From a virus, in IMG/VR virus record IMGVR_UViG_3300043172_000501, positions 1 to 64,000 of that record: a stretch of 64,000 nt of DNA, one strand, 5' to 3'. Each line of letters opens with the position of its first letter. Position 1 is the stretch's first letter. A program made the translations under genes and the position numbers. Under the pieces are notes generated by a model that did not search any database, was not told where the DNA came from, and saw only the letters and a list, made by a program, of their open reading frames with translations. Shown piece by piece: positions 38,690 to 49,798 of the stretch.

Positions 38690-39214
38690 ATGGGGAAACG
38701 CAAAAACATCAAAGACCGACTGTTATCAAAAATAAAAATTGATAAGAAGACAGACTGCTGGATTTGGCAAGGAGCCCAAAAAGGCAGAGGTTACGGGGCA
38801 GTACATTACAATAAAAAACTCAGGCGAGCACATAGGGTTTCTTTTGAAGTATTCGTTGGGGAAATAAAAAAAGGGAAAATACTATTACACAGTTGTAACA
38901 ACCCTCTTTGCATTAACCCTAAACACTTGAGTCCAGGAACTCATCAAGAAAACACTAAGCAAATGATTGAAGAAGGTAGAGCTAATCCACCTAAAGGCGA
39001 GAAACATTACGCTGCAAAATTAAATAAGAAAGATGTAGCAGAAATAAAAAGTCTAATCGAAGAAACGAACCTCAGCAACGCAAAAATAGCAGAACGGTTC
39101 AATGTTGATCGGAGAAGTATTTGGGGAATACGATTAGGAAAAACTTGGAAACATATAAAATATATTCCAAAAAAAGGTCAATTAAATCTTTTCAAAATGG
39201 CAGGAGTAAACTGA
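38690..39214 (+). CDS. HNH homing endonuclease with C-terminal HTH
   Basis: CWIWQG, AHRVS, LHSCNNPLCINPKHL..GT..EN. Confidence 0.92.
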   Translation: MGKRKNIKDRLLSKIKIDKKTDCWIWQGAQKGRGYGAVHYNKKLRRAHRVSFEVFVGEIKKGKILLHSCNNPLCINPKHLSPGTHQENTKQMIEEGRANPPKGEKHYAAKLNKKDVAEIKSLIEETNLSNAKIAERFNVDRRSIWGIRLGKTWKHIKYIPKKGQLNLFKMAGVN

Positions 39215-39411
39215 TGTCACTATCACTAGGACAAGCTAAATGCACAAAAGAATTTCCAAGCGGATTAGCAATAAGTGTAACTACTGAAGAACATGGGGTA
39301 TTATCGATCCCTAATTCAGGAGTACATGACGATTCAGACGTTTGGAAATTAAGACAAGAAGGCGATTTGATTATCAAAGATTGGTTCGCAGAAAAAAAGG
39401 GGTTCCTATGA
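39214..39411 (+). CDS. hypothetical protein
   Basis: TGATG coupling; GGAG RBS. Confidence 0.5.
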   Translation: MSLSLGQAKCTKEFPSGLAISVTTEEHGVLSIPNSGVHDDSDVWKLRQEGDLIIKDWFAEKKGFL

Positions 39412-39806
39412 AACAAGAGGAAAAAAACCAATTAACGTTAGATGCTGCAAATGAGATGTCTAACAAGATGAAACCAGCAACAGCACCTGATGCCAGGTAT
39501 CATAGTATTCATGAAATGGCACAACATATGATTGAAGGAGATTATCCCAAGGTAACAAGGGCGATAATGAAAGGCTTGATGTGTCAAGTTCAAACAATAT
39601 CAGAAGCAGAAGGTAACAACTTAGATATCATCACTAACGAAAACGTCATAAATTATGACAAGTCGATTAACATACCCGAGTTTAATACACTTGAAGAAGA
39701 GTTAGCTGATAACATTATCCGCACGATGAACTACGCACAGAGCAAACACTTAAGATTGCCAGAAGTTCTTCTCGCTAAAATAGAATACAAACAAAAAAAC
39801 ATCTAA
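39408..39806 (+). CDS. MazG-like nucleotide pyrophosphohydrolase-fold protein
   Basis: LEEELADNIIRTMNYA...LLAKIEY. Confidence 0.55.
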   Translation: MKQEEKNQLTLDAANEMSNKMKPATAPDARYHSIHEMAQHMIEGDYPKVTRAIMKGLMCQVQTISEAEGNNLDIITNENVINYDKSINIPEFNTLEEELADNIIRTMNYAQSKHLRLPEVLLAKIEYKQKNI

Positions 39807-40374
39807 CAAAATAATGGGGATCATTGTGAGAAAGTACAAAGTAGAATTTGAAATGGTTGTTGACCCTAAAGCATCAGATAAAGATGTCAAAGAGTTCATA
39901 CATTACAGAATAGGAAGTCGTTTCCAGATGCATATGGATAACACTCTAGTAGGAAAAGAAATAGAACCGTACCCAGGGACAGTAAAGATAACACCAGTAC
40001 CAGATTACGCAGAACATAGAAATGGACCAGGTAAAGTAGGACCAGGTAGAGTTATTATTGAAAAGAAGGCAAATCATGGATGATATTTATAAAGTATGGG
40101 TTCAAGTTCAACGAATAAATGATGATAAAAAGATTTATGAGAATACAAGAATGCCGGACGAAGCAGGGGAGTTCACTAACATAGAAGAAGCAGAAGATTT
40201 TGCTGATTCAGTCCTTCAAGCATCTACCGTATTACACGCTGTTAAATCTAGAACAGAAGAGAGAATAATTGGCAAAATTGAAAAAGTAGGAGATGTAGTT
40301 CATACTTTTTTAAAAAAACATGTAGATAACGGAACACTGAGATCATTTGTAGAAGGCAAATGTGAAAAAGAAAA

Positions 40375-40980
40375 ATGCACATGTGCAAACAAAGAAACAA
40401 CACCAGCGTAATTGAAGGGATATTAAACACCTTCAAAGGTGCCAAGGTGATCAGTGTGACTATAGATAAAAAAAGAATAGAAAAAGGCATGAAACCAGAG
40501 TCACTAGCTAAAGCTATCAATAAAACAGGAGACAATTGTTACGTGACAGATAGCGGAAACATTCAAATGCTTGAGAAGGTCACTTGCCCCTACTGCGACA
40601 AGCCATCAAAAATGGCAAAAGGGGACGAAGTATACCCAGACCGTAAAGATTTGAGCGACCTGTGGTTCTGGTTATGCAAACCGTGTGAAGCATGGGTAGG
40701 TTGTCACAAACAGCGTGGCAGGAAAGCCCTTGGTAGGCTCGCTAACAAAGAGCTTAGAGAAGCCAAAAGAAGAGCCCACTTAGCATTTGATCCATTATGG
40801 GAAAAGAAAATCAAGAAGACTAGATGTTCTAAAAGTGTCGCAAGAAAAGCTGGATACAAATGGCTCGCTGGCGCATTACAAATTGACGTTAAAAAATGTC
40901 ACATAGGCGAGTTCAATATCAAACAGTGCGAAGCAGTAGTAAAAATATGCTGGAAGATTAGGAGTAGATGGAATGATTGA
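40375..40980 (+). CDS. DUF3268-family zinc-finger protein
   Basis: CPYC, YP.RKDL, CKPCEAWVGCH, LGRLANKELR, AH.AFDPLW, CHIGEF. Confidence 0.85.
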   Translation: MHMCKQRNNTSVIEGILNTFKGAKVISVTIDKKRIEKGMKPESLAKAINKTGDNCYVTDSGNIQMLEKVTCPYCDKPSKMAKGDEVYPDRKDLSDLWFWLCKPCEAWVGCHKQRGRKALGRLANKELREAKRRAHLAFDPLWEKKIKKTRCSKSVARKAGYKWLAGALQIDVKKCHIGEFNIKQCEAVVKICWKIRSRWND

Positions 40981-43854
40981 ATTTATTGTAGCTCTGCCAT
41001 TTGCAATATGGCTAATACTTTACATTATCGGAATATACCTCTTCGTTAAAGCAGATGGTCCAATGACAACAGCAGTCAAAAAAGATATTGAGAAAGCAAA
41101 AGCAAAAAATGAGGAATAGAATACTCCAGCAGAAGGCAGAGTTCATTGAATTAGCAATGTATGATTCTCTTACTGGGCAAGTCTGTAAGGTCCGAGCTTT
41201 AGGGATATTGATGTCAGAGTTCTGGGCAATAACTGAATCACCAAATAGAAAAGACAAAGGCAAATTTGGTTTAACCCATATACCGACAGGGTTAGAAGTG
41301 GCGAAGTCGACCACTCGTGATATTTTAGAACTATTCTGGAGAAGTTTACCTGATAAAGTAATAAATAACATCAACACAAAATGCCCTAAAGAAGTCAGAG
41401 ACTCAGAACTTAAAAAGTATTTAGACCAAATAGGGTTACTAAAAGCTAGAGATGAAGATGAAGGTCACGTTAAAGCAAGCGAAGAGTGGTACAGGAAAAA
41501 TATAGTTAACGAATAAACACAAAAAAAAGGCAGACCAATGAAATCAAAAGATTACATGAAAGTCCTAGAGAGTTTAGGATTTGAAACAACAGTGGCAATC
41601 ACTATTTGGCAAGTGGGCGATGTCCTCGGACAAGCTGAGAATGTCGGCATAAATTGTTCTAAAGAAGAAGCTGAAGAAATACTTAGAGAGATGTCCAGGA
41701 CATTTGACGCAACAATAGGAATGAACTGGGATGTTATAGATTCATTGCTCGATAATCTTGACAATGAGAGACGTAAACAATGAAGTACGCATTCAACTCG
41801 ACAGACAGGAAAGTCCTTGCTTTTAGTGATACCTATGAGCGTAAATGGTTTTGTGAGAAATTCACAGAGTTTGAACCGGTAAATAAATTCGATTTAGATT
41901 GTTATCATGGCTTCAAGCCAAAAGAATTAGAAGCATTGCCTCTTTACAGTAGTGAAGTATCAATAAAAGTTAACGAGTTGATGGCAGAAATTAAACTAAT
42001 AACAGGCAAAGAGGTTATATTAAGATGAAAGAGCTACTTTGGAGAATTGAATATGCCATTCGTGCCATCTGGACAATACGTTCATGGGGATGGAATTCTA
42101 TACCACGAGGATGGGAGATGGCAAACGCTCTAACATGGAAAGAGATCCGAGAAGGAGGAGATAATCCGAAAGATGCCCTACGAGAAGAGCTATCAGTATG
42201 GTAACCTTTAAACAACATAAAAAGACTACAAGATGGAGACAGTAAATGAATGAACCACAAAAAGAACAATCAAAAGTTTCGACAGGTAGTGCTTATTTCG
42301 TAAGTTATCAACGAGCAATTGACTATTACGAAACACAAGGCATAGAGATTAAAGAAGTCAGGTTAAAAATTGCTGCAGGAGAAATACATATCGGAGCTCC
42401 TAAATTAGAACCTGGGCAAGAGTCAGTATTAGACCTCAAAGGCCGTTATCTAATCCAGGATAGTAATGATTTCTAAATATACCAGGGAAGAATGTGTTCA
42501 TTGCGGAGAGCCAGGACCAGATTACGATGAGGAATTATGTCTTATGTGCTGGGAAAAATATACAGGGGAACAATTCTGCAGAACCGTCCTTAACTTCCAA
42601 CCAATGGAAGAGTTCTGGGTTTGGGATAAAAGAATCAAAGAAGAAGAAGCAGAAAATTTGCGGATTAAAGCCTTCAATCAAAATCAATTGCTCTTGCCAT
42701 ATATCAGAGGTAAAGGGTTAGAATTGTTAATAAATAAACATTTGTAGTCAGGTCTGACTGCAATCATATATCTGGCTGAGAAAGCGAAAGGATGTTACTA
42801 TGAATAGTAAAATTAGAACACCATGAGTTGGGGCGAGAGAAGCTGTATCCGGCTACACGACAAGGATAGAACGTGCAAAGTAGAAATGGGAAGATGCAAC
42901 GTTAATTGCCCTCTTTATATCTGGGATAAAAAAACCACACCAGATAGTTCTAAGTGGGCGCCAGAAGATAAAGTAAAAAACTTAAGAGCATTAAATGCTC
43001 CAACAACAAACCAGAAGAAACGCGCAAGAAGAAAGAGGAAGTCAAAATGAGCGATAAGACAATAAAAGAAACAACACTTTTAAAAGACTTAGAAGCCATG
43101 GGAGCAGAATCATTAAATCCTGAAAGCTACGGCGAATTAATAACGATAATAGAAGAGCTAAAGCAGGCTCGTCATCTTGACTTGAAAGTATATTTCAATG
43201 AATCAGAATACTTTATTGCTACCAGCGTTGAAGAAGCAACAGGTCTTTGTATTATATCATTCGGAAGTGATTATCACACTGAAGACAATTGCCCATTTAA
43301 AGCACTTCCTCCGGAACATAAAATGGGAATAATGGTTAAAGACGGAAAAGTTTCAGATGGCGGTACCAATACTGAAAAGACCTGTGCCGAATGGATTAAG
43401 TTCCATGGACCAGGTTACTTAGCATCAGTGGAGTTCTAGTGGAGCAACTAGAAAACATAGGACGAGGTAACGACTTTCCCCAAGAACTAATAGATCTCGG
43501 GAGAGATTTCATAGAAGACGGCAAATGGTCAGAATATTTTCAAAAGAGAAACGATTCAGCAATGTTTGATTATTACAACGACAGATACCACACAAAAAAA
43601 GCAGAATACAAAGAGAGAAGCCAAATGAGAACATTAACAAAAGAAGATTTTATCGCCGTTGACGAAGGACCTTGTTATGAAGACACTGAAATCTTTGTGA
43701 ATGAAATAACAGACCACGGGGAATGGCAAATAAAATCTGATTTTTCGGGCAATCTTTTTTATTCAATCAAGCAAGATGACTTTATCAGTGAGAAACCATT
43801 AGGAATACAAATCCTAAAACTAAAAGCTATACCTAAGCTAGGAGGAACTAAAAA

Positions 43855-44355
43855 ATGAAATCATTTATAAAATATTTATCAGAACTATCATGGGTAGGTT
43901 GGCTCAACATGATTTTAATTCAGTGGTTCTTTATACGAATAGCTTATCATATTGATGAAGAAGGTGGCAGAAAGTATGATTTCTTTATCATAGGGCTAGT
44001 AATTCCACTGACAGGCTGGTGGTCAGACTACATTAAACTAAGACTTCCTTGGGGAGAAGAGTCAAGATCAAAATCAGAAGCAATAAATCTAGTAATAAAA
44101 GAACGAGAACATCAAATAGAAAAAGGGTGGTCACGTGTTCATGACGAACAGCACCATTTTGGGGAACTTTCTGTTAGGTCTGCGGAATTGGCAGTTGAAT
44201 TCACAGACGAAAGAGTTAGCAGTAATTATCACAGTTCTGACGCATGGGGACTAGTAGCTAAACACAAAGATAACAGGGTTAAATCGCTGACAATAGCTGC
44301 AGCACTTTTAATTGCAGAGCTTGAAAGAGAATTGTCACGTGAGGATTCTAAATGA
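43855..44355 (+). CDS. phage protein with N-terminal TM segments and all-alpha NTP-pyrophosphohydrolase-like C-terminus
   Basis: EREHQIEKGWSRVHDEQH..GEL...AAALLIAELER. Confidence 0.5.
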   Translation: MKSFIKYLSELSWVGWLNMILIQWFFIRIAYHIDEEGGRKYDFFIIGLVIPLTGWWSDYIKLRLPWGEESRSKSEAINLVIKEREHQIEKGWSRVHDEQHHFGELSVRSAELAVEFTDERVSSNYHSSDAWGLVAKHKDNRVKSLTIAAALLIAELERELSREDSK

Positions 44356-44980
44356 TTACTTTATTACTGTCGATATTAACAGGAGTACTCGGTTACATTT
44401 CATCGGAGATAATAAAAAAGAAATTTCCCTGGGGGAATAAGTCGAAAGACATTAAGTATAAAGATGGGGATGTACTAATAGTCCAAGATAAAGACGACAA
44501 CCCCTATGTGTATTCAGGGTTTGCAAAAAAAGGTGTACTCTATACATTTTTTGACAATGAAAAGAAAGTAGTATTTAGTCGTGCCGAAGGGTTACAATAT
44601 GTAACAATTCTCCGCAATACAGGCTATAATGTTTTTGAGGAACACAAATGATAAGATTTAAGTTTGTAGCAATAGACCACAGGTTTAAGATAATTGACAG
44701 ATTTAGATTAGCGATGCTTGATTATCAAATGCGTAAAGTTACCCAGTACATAATTGAAACGTACTAGAAAGGTCAAAATGAATCATAAGGTTAGAGCTAA
44801 TCGTAAGCGGAAAAAGAAGCTAGGTGTAATGATAGATTCAAGGCAACTAGAAAAAACGATGCGCGATAATAACTTAATGATGACACTGAGCTTCGTAGCA
44901 AAGATGACAGGATTACCGAGAGAACTAGTATTTAGAATATATAAGCTTGGAAAAGAGATGGGTTTAATAGAAAGGTCACA

Positions 44981-45280
44981 ATGAGCGTTTTACACTTAAC
45001 ACTTAAAAAGAAGTGGTTTGATATGATTCTATCAGGCATCAAGTTTGAAGAGTACCGGGAGATAAAACCTTACTGGACAAAAAGACTCGAAGGAAAGAAG
45101 TTTGGATTTATCAAGTTCACCAACGGATACGGAGACAAACGCCCAGCTTTCTATATTAAATACAATGGGTACAAAAAGACCAGAGGATTGCCAGAGTGGG
45201 GAGCAGAACCAGGAAAGATTTATTACGTTATTTGTTTTGGAAGAATATTAAGAACAGAAAACATTACGGAGGTTAAATGA
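44981..45280 (+). CDS. ASCH/PUA-like domain protein
   Basis: LHLTLKKKWFDMILSGIK.EEYREIKPYW..RL, FTNGY. Confidence 0.85.
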   Translation: MSVLHLTLKKKWFDMILSGIKFEEYREIKPYWTKRLEGKKFGFIKFTNGYGDKRPAFYIKYNGYKKTRGLPEWGAEPGKIYYVICFGRILRTENITEVK

Positions 45281-47521
45281 CTAAAGAAGAATACGAAAAC
45301 CAATTAAAACAAAACGCTAAACAGCATGTATTAGCAGACCAGAAAGCTTTAAGGGATTATTTAAATTCTATTCATACTGTCTACGCACCAGGAACTATCC
45401 TTCAGGATACTAACATGGAAGTTTTCGGGAGAGTAATTAAGCATCAATACTCCATCGGTTTCTTTAGTCGAAGCCCAGTTATCATTTACAGATGTAGACA
45501 GTTAACCAAAAATCTAAAAAATCGGGTTAACTATGAAGAAGTGCATATCAGTACTGATGACCTTAAATTGATTGAAGAAGACGAGAGTACCAAAGAGGCA
45601 ACAAATGAAAACAGAATTTGACAGAATAACCGATACAGGGTTCGCAATGACTTTTCAGGGTTGCAGATATGTAATCCCTTTTAATGGTCAAGTTTTTACA
45701 AAAGACGGAGAAGTAACAGATAGAAGAACGCTTTCAACATTAAAAGAAGAGATAAAAAAGCAGGCTGAGTTAATCCTTGCTATAACTAATAATATCACAG
45801 AATAAAAAAGGGGACAAAATGACCGATGTAACAACCAAAACAAAAGAAACGAGAGAAGAAGTGAATCAAGTTTTCTATCTTCGCGAAGAGGCTAAACGTT
45901 TATCTCATCTAATTGCTGAACAATCCGAAACCATAAAAGATTTAAAGAGTGAGAAGTTCAAACGTTTTAATAATGAAGAATGCTGGATGTATCAAGATGA
46001 CGAGGATGATAAATTAGAAGAACTTGTTTGCCCAGTAGTAATTAGTGCCACTGATTTGATTGCACTAATCAACAAAGGTAAAGAAGTTGATAAAAAGTTA
46101 GAGAACCACAAACATATGACCGTAGGATTATGGACTACAGACAAGCCAGATATGATTCCTGCTGACATTAAAGAGAAATACTTTTGGGAAATTAAATAAT
46201 CAGGAAAGACCAGGTAAAGTATGGAAATTGATGAAGAAGAAGACAATATTGTCCGCCCCAAATTTGGCAAAATAGCTTTAGAGATAACTAAACGTCCAGT
46301 AGGGGCATGTCATCATTCAAGAATTACCGTAAACCCCGAACTAAGAAAAATTGAATGTTCTGAATGTTCTGAAATATTAGACCCTATCCATGTTATTTTA
46401 GAATACGCCAAGAAAGAACGCAGGTTCCAATTTAGAAGAGACGTAATGAGTAATCTTGAAAAGAGTATAAAAGCACTTAAAGAAGAAGAAAAAAAAGTTA
46501 AATCAAGACTAAGATACCAGAAGAACAAGAGGTAAAGTATGAGATTAGAATCAGAATTTGAAATCGGTGACGTGGTTAAAGCAAATCATCCGTTCCTTAA
46601 TGCCGATGAATACATGGTAACAGCCTTTCAGTACTCACATGAAAAGTGGGGTTTCCTAGGAACCAGCGCTAATACCTTCTATTACTCACTTTATCCTATC
46701 AGCGGAGATGGCGGAAGTGGAGGGACAGTGGAGAGTAATCTAAAATTCATTAGAAAAGGCACAGAAGAAGAACAAAGCTGGGTAAGTAGACTATAACCAG
46801 AACAGACGAGGTAAAGAATGACAAAGGTAAAGATAGAAATAGATGTCGAGTTTGAAATAGGAGAAACAGCCTTTTTCGCAAATGAGAATAATATAACAAT
46901 GGAAGAAGAAGTTATAGAAAAAGTCATAACGGACATTTGGGTTAAAAAGGATATAGGACTAGACTCAATCGAAGTAACATATTTCTTTGAACCATGTGAA
47001 AGTGCTTACGGAAATACTACACAGTCACATGCCTACAGGACGAGGGAATTAGCACAACAATCACTTGATGATGGAAGCGCATGGGGACAAGGAGCAGACG
47101 AGGTAACTGATGGCAACTAAAGAAATAAAAGAAAAATGGGCATATAGTGACGACGGGGAATTATTCAGCAATCAGTGTGACTCAAAAGAAGAAGCGATAG
47201 AAGAGTTAAAAGCTGAAGATTACGAACATGGTTATGTGGCGAGAGTTGTAGGAATAAGTCGTGAAGACCTAATTGATAATTCATTGGACATCAATTCACT
47301 ATTTGAAAACATGCAAGAACAGCTTTACGATATTGCAGGAGAAGCTGCCGAGTGTTTCGATTATTCCCCGTGTTGGAACAGAGAAAAAAGAACAGAAGCA
47401 GAAAACAAGCTACAAGCAGACCTGACAAAACTAATCTATGAATTTATGAAAGAACAAGAAATAGAACTAAACTGTTACAGGGTTGCAGACGTTGAACCAG
47501 TAGACATGGGTGAGGTAACTG

Positions 47522-48235
47522 ATGGTAACTAAAAAGAAATCAGTATCAAAAAAGAAGCCCAAGAAACGTGGCGCACCATCCAGACCAACAGGAAGAGCCC
47601 CAGCAAATAAGACAATTGCTCCTGCTACTGATAAGATATTCAAAGAGAAAGTTGCTAAAGAAAAGAAGAAGGAAGAAAATCGCAAGGCGAAAGGTTTAGG
47701 TCCTACAAAAGAGATCCCGGGCATGATCTCAATAGAGAAGTACAATGCGATGTATCAAGCATATACTGAACGGCAATCCATAAGCCATGTAGCGAAAGTG
47801 TGCTCAGTCAACGCGACTACAGCAAAGAAGTATGTTGAGAAAGGCGACCCCAAGAGAAACCTGCGACCGTTGAAAGACCGATACTCATCAGTGATAGTGA
47901 ATGCTCAACAAAAACAAGACTATACACTCGCAACATTAAGAGGAGAAGTTCTTGCAGCATCCCGTGTATTCCTCCACAGGGTCGCCATGAGAATCAAAAC
48001 ACTTGACCCTGATGACTTGAGCCCCGACGCAATCGGGAAGCATTTAAAGGACATTCAGGTGACAGCAGAGAGATGCTTAGGAGTATCTGATGCTACGATA
48101 ACCGTCAAACAAGAGAGTAGATATGCTGATTGGTCAGAGGAAGAATTACTTAATTTCTTTAAAACCGGCGTTACACCTGAACATGACAGGTCAGTGGCTC
48201 CTATCTCATCGGCTCAGATGTCATCGAAGGAGTAG
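47522..48235 (+). CDS. putative terminase small subunit / HTH DNA-binding protein
   Basis: Basic N-terminus, HTH (SISHVAKVCSVNATTAKKY), helical core, DWSEEEL tail. Confidence 0.5.
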   Translation: MVTKKKSVSKKKPKKRGAPSRPTGRAPANKTIAPATDKIFKEKVAKEKKKEENRKAKGLGPTKEIPGMISIEKYNAMYQAYTERQSISHVAKVCSVNATTAKKYVEKGDPKRNLRPLKDRYSSVIVNAQQKQDYTLATLRGEVLAASRVFLHRVAMRIKTLDPDDLSPDAIGKHLKDIQVTAERCLGVSDATITVKQESRYADWSEEELLNFFKTGVTPEHDRSVAPISSAQMSSKE

Positions 48236-48237
48236 AT

Positions 48238-48525
48238 ATGATTAAGATATATTGCGATGTAGAAAAAGGAAAAGGATTATCAATACTCAAGAAGCTTGAA
48301 GAAGCCAGTGCAGTAAAAACAACTAATGGTTACATGCCGACGAGCCTTACAGTGGCTTCATACATGACAAGTATTTGCTTTGAAGATAGGGCAGACGGTT
48401 TTGGTTCTAGAATGGGCTGGGCAGATCATGACAGTAAATATTTTAAACAGAATAAATATACGAAGGTTACACCAGAAGAGCTGGCTACCATTGCATCAAT
48501 TGCTTGTCCGGTCACTAAAACCTAA
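48238..48525 (+). CDS. hypothetical protein
   Basis: AAGGAG RBS. Confidence 0.55.
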   Translation: MIKIYCDVEKGKGLSILKKLEEASAVKTTNGYMPTSLTVASYMTSICFEDRADGFGSRMGWADHDSKYFKQNKYTKVTPEELATIASIACPVTKT

Positions 48526-48588
48526 CCGTTACCTAAACCGTTTACTTTTTAAAGGGTAATAAAAAAACAAACCGTTACCCTAACCGTT
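48524..48588. repeat. four AACCGTT repeats in two 12-bp-spaced pairs
   Basis: Positions 48524, 48536, 48570 and 48582, flanking an AT-rich spacer. Confidence 0.85.
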
Positions 48589-48609
48589 AAAACTAATTCC
48601 CTAATCAGT

Positions 48610-48663
48610 CCTGTCCAGAAACAAATTACTTGAATTAAACCCTACTAGCCTTTATAATAAAGG
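48610..48663 (+). promoter_or_regulatory. sigma70-type promoter P3 with palindromic operator-like site
   Basis: CCTGTCCAG-11 nt-TTGAAT(48630)-17 nt-TATAAT(48653); CCTTTATAATAAAGG. Confidence 0.8.
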
Positions 48664-48732
48664 TAGAGATTAGATACAGATTAGAACAGACCATTAACCA
48701 AAGGAGTACATTATGTACAGATTGACCACCTA

Positions 48733-48775
48733 AAGCGGTTTGGTAACTAGTGAGGGTTCAATTCCTTCACCGCTT
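48733..48775 (+). ncRNA. tRNA-like mini-helix (acceptor-like stem plus T-arm, no anticodon arm)
   Basis: AAGCGGT/ACCGCTT stem, TGGTAA D-loop-like segment, GAGGG-TTCAATT-CCTTC T-arm. Confidence 0.5.
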
Positions 48776-48830
48776 ATTGAGCAGATAATTAAACAGTTCA
48801 CCCGCCCGTGGGGAGAGTTAAGAAAGGCTA

Positions 48831-49205
48831 ATGATTATGGGGAGTAAGAAAATAGAGAAAACGAAATATTATCCATTCGATAACGAGAAGCACTTAGTCG
48901 ACTGTCGTTATATGGAAGTCAAAACTAATTCCGACGCACTAATGAAGACTATGGCTAAGTGGCATCCTCTTGCAAAAGACAGAGGCTATGGCTCATGTGG
49001 CTGTTGCAAACGATGGAAAAGGCCGATGATTAGCCAGTTAATTCGGTGTAACAAGTGCCCCATTGTGATAATTGAAAACGGTATCAGATCAACATGCCAC
49101 GACAGTGTACACCCATATCAAATATGGATTAGAATAGTAGAAAAAGAGAACGAATGCGAAGACAAGATATTTAACCTAGCTCTAACCGCCTGGGAGAAAT
49201 TATAA
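48831..49205 (+). CDS. Cys-rich hypothetical protein
   Basis: CGCC...CNKCPI...C. Confidence 0.55.
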   Translation: MIMGSKKIEKTKYYPFDNEKHLVDCRYMEVKTNSDALMKTMAKWHPLAKDRGYGSCGCCKRWKRPMISQLIRCNKCPIVIIENGIRSTCHDSVHPYQIWIRIVEKENECEDKIFNLALTAWEKL

Positions 49206-49369
49206 TGAGATCTGAAAAAAAACCAGTACCAAAAAGAACAAGGTTCCTAAGCTTGAAGATTCCAGACCGCAACCAGCCTGAGTTCTATGATGAGATGGTT
49301 AAACTATTTCTCGTTGTCGAGTTTACGATATTTGTCATAACGCTCATTTCACATTTATAAGGAAACACC

Positions 49370-49798
49370 ATGAGTATAGATAAAGAAGTACTAGCATCAA
49401 TTAAAAAAGACGGCTTTCATGTTAAGTGTGACAAAGAGAACAACACGCCAGAAGACCAGGCAGAAGGAAGAATAATTGCAGAAGTGATAATGCCTCTAAA
49501 ACCTAATGATAATTACGTCAAAGAGTTCTGGATACGATGGAAACATGATAACGACCCTGAGTATCTAGGACCAACAGCAGAGAATATTGAAAAAGCTTTT
49601 GAGATGTTCTGCCATTATGTAATACCTGCCAGTACCCATGGGATAATGGTCGCTTTGTCACGAGCGCCTCAAGAAGGACCACTTCTTACAATGGCAAAGA
49701 GGGCTATCAAAAAGATAATTTCTAAAAGACCTCTCGGGGCTGTTATCGGTGGCTCTGAATACGCGAGAGATCTAATCAAAAGATTTATAGGAGAATAA
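49370..49798 (+). CDS. hypothetical protein
   Basis: AAGGA RBS. Confidence 0.6.
   Translation: MSIDKEVLASIKKDGFHVKCDKENNTPEDQAEGRIIAEVIMPLKPNDNYVKEFWIRWKHDNDPEYLGPTAENIEKAFEMFCHYVIPASTHGIMVALSRAPQEGPLLTMAKRAIKKIISKRPLGAVIGGSEYARDLIKRFIGE

Larger units (their letters stand above)
39814..47532 (+). other. array of about 25 small, tightly packed accessory ORFs
   Basis: Consecutive + strand ORFs of 60-200 aa with SD sites and overlapping stop/start codons (e.g. 39814, 40076, 41538, 41780, 42025, 42246, 42466, 42823, 43047, 43439, 44352, 45277, 45819, 46221, 46539, 46818, 47110). Confidence 0.75.

Noticed and set aside
37784-39214. MTase plus HNH as a restriction-modification pair
   Set aside because: The HNH protein has a typical free-standing homing-endonuclease architecture; an orphan MTase is the simpler reading.
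48733-48775. Canonical tRNA gene
   Set aside because: Only 43 nt, with no anticodon arm or CCA; reported as a tRNA-like element instead. No full tRNA was recognised elsewhere.
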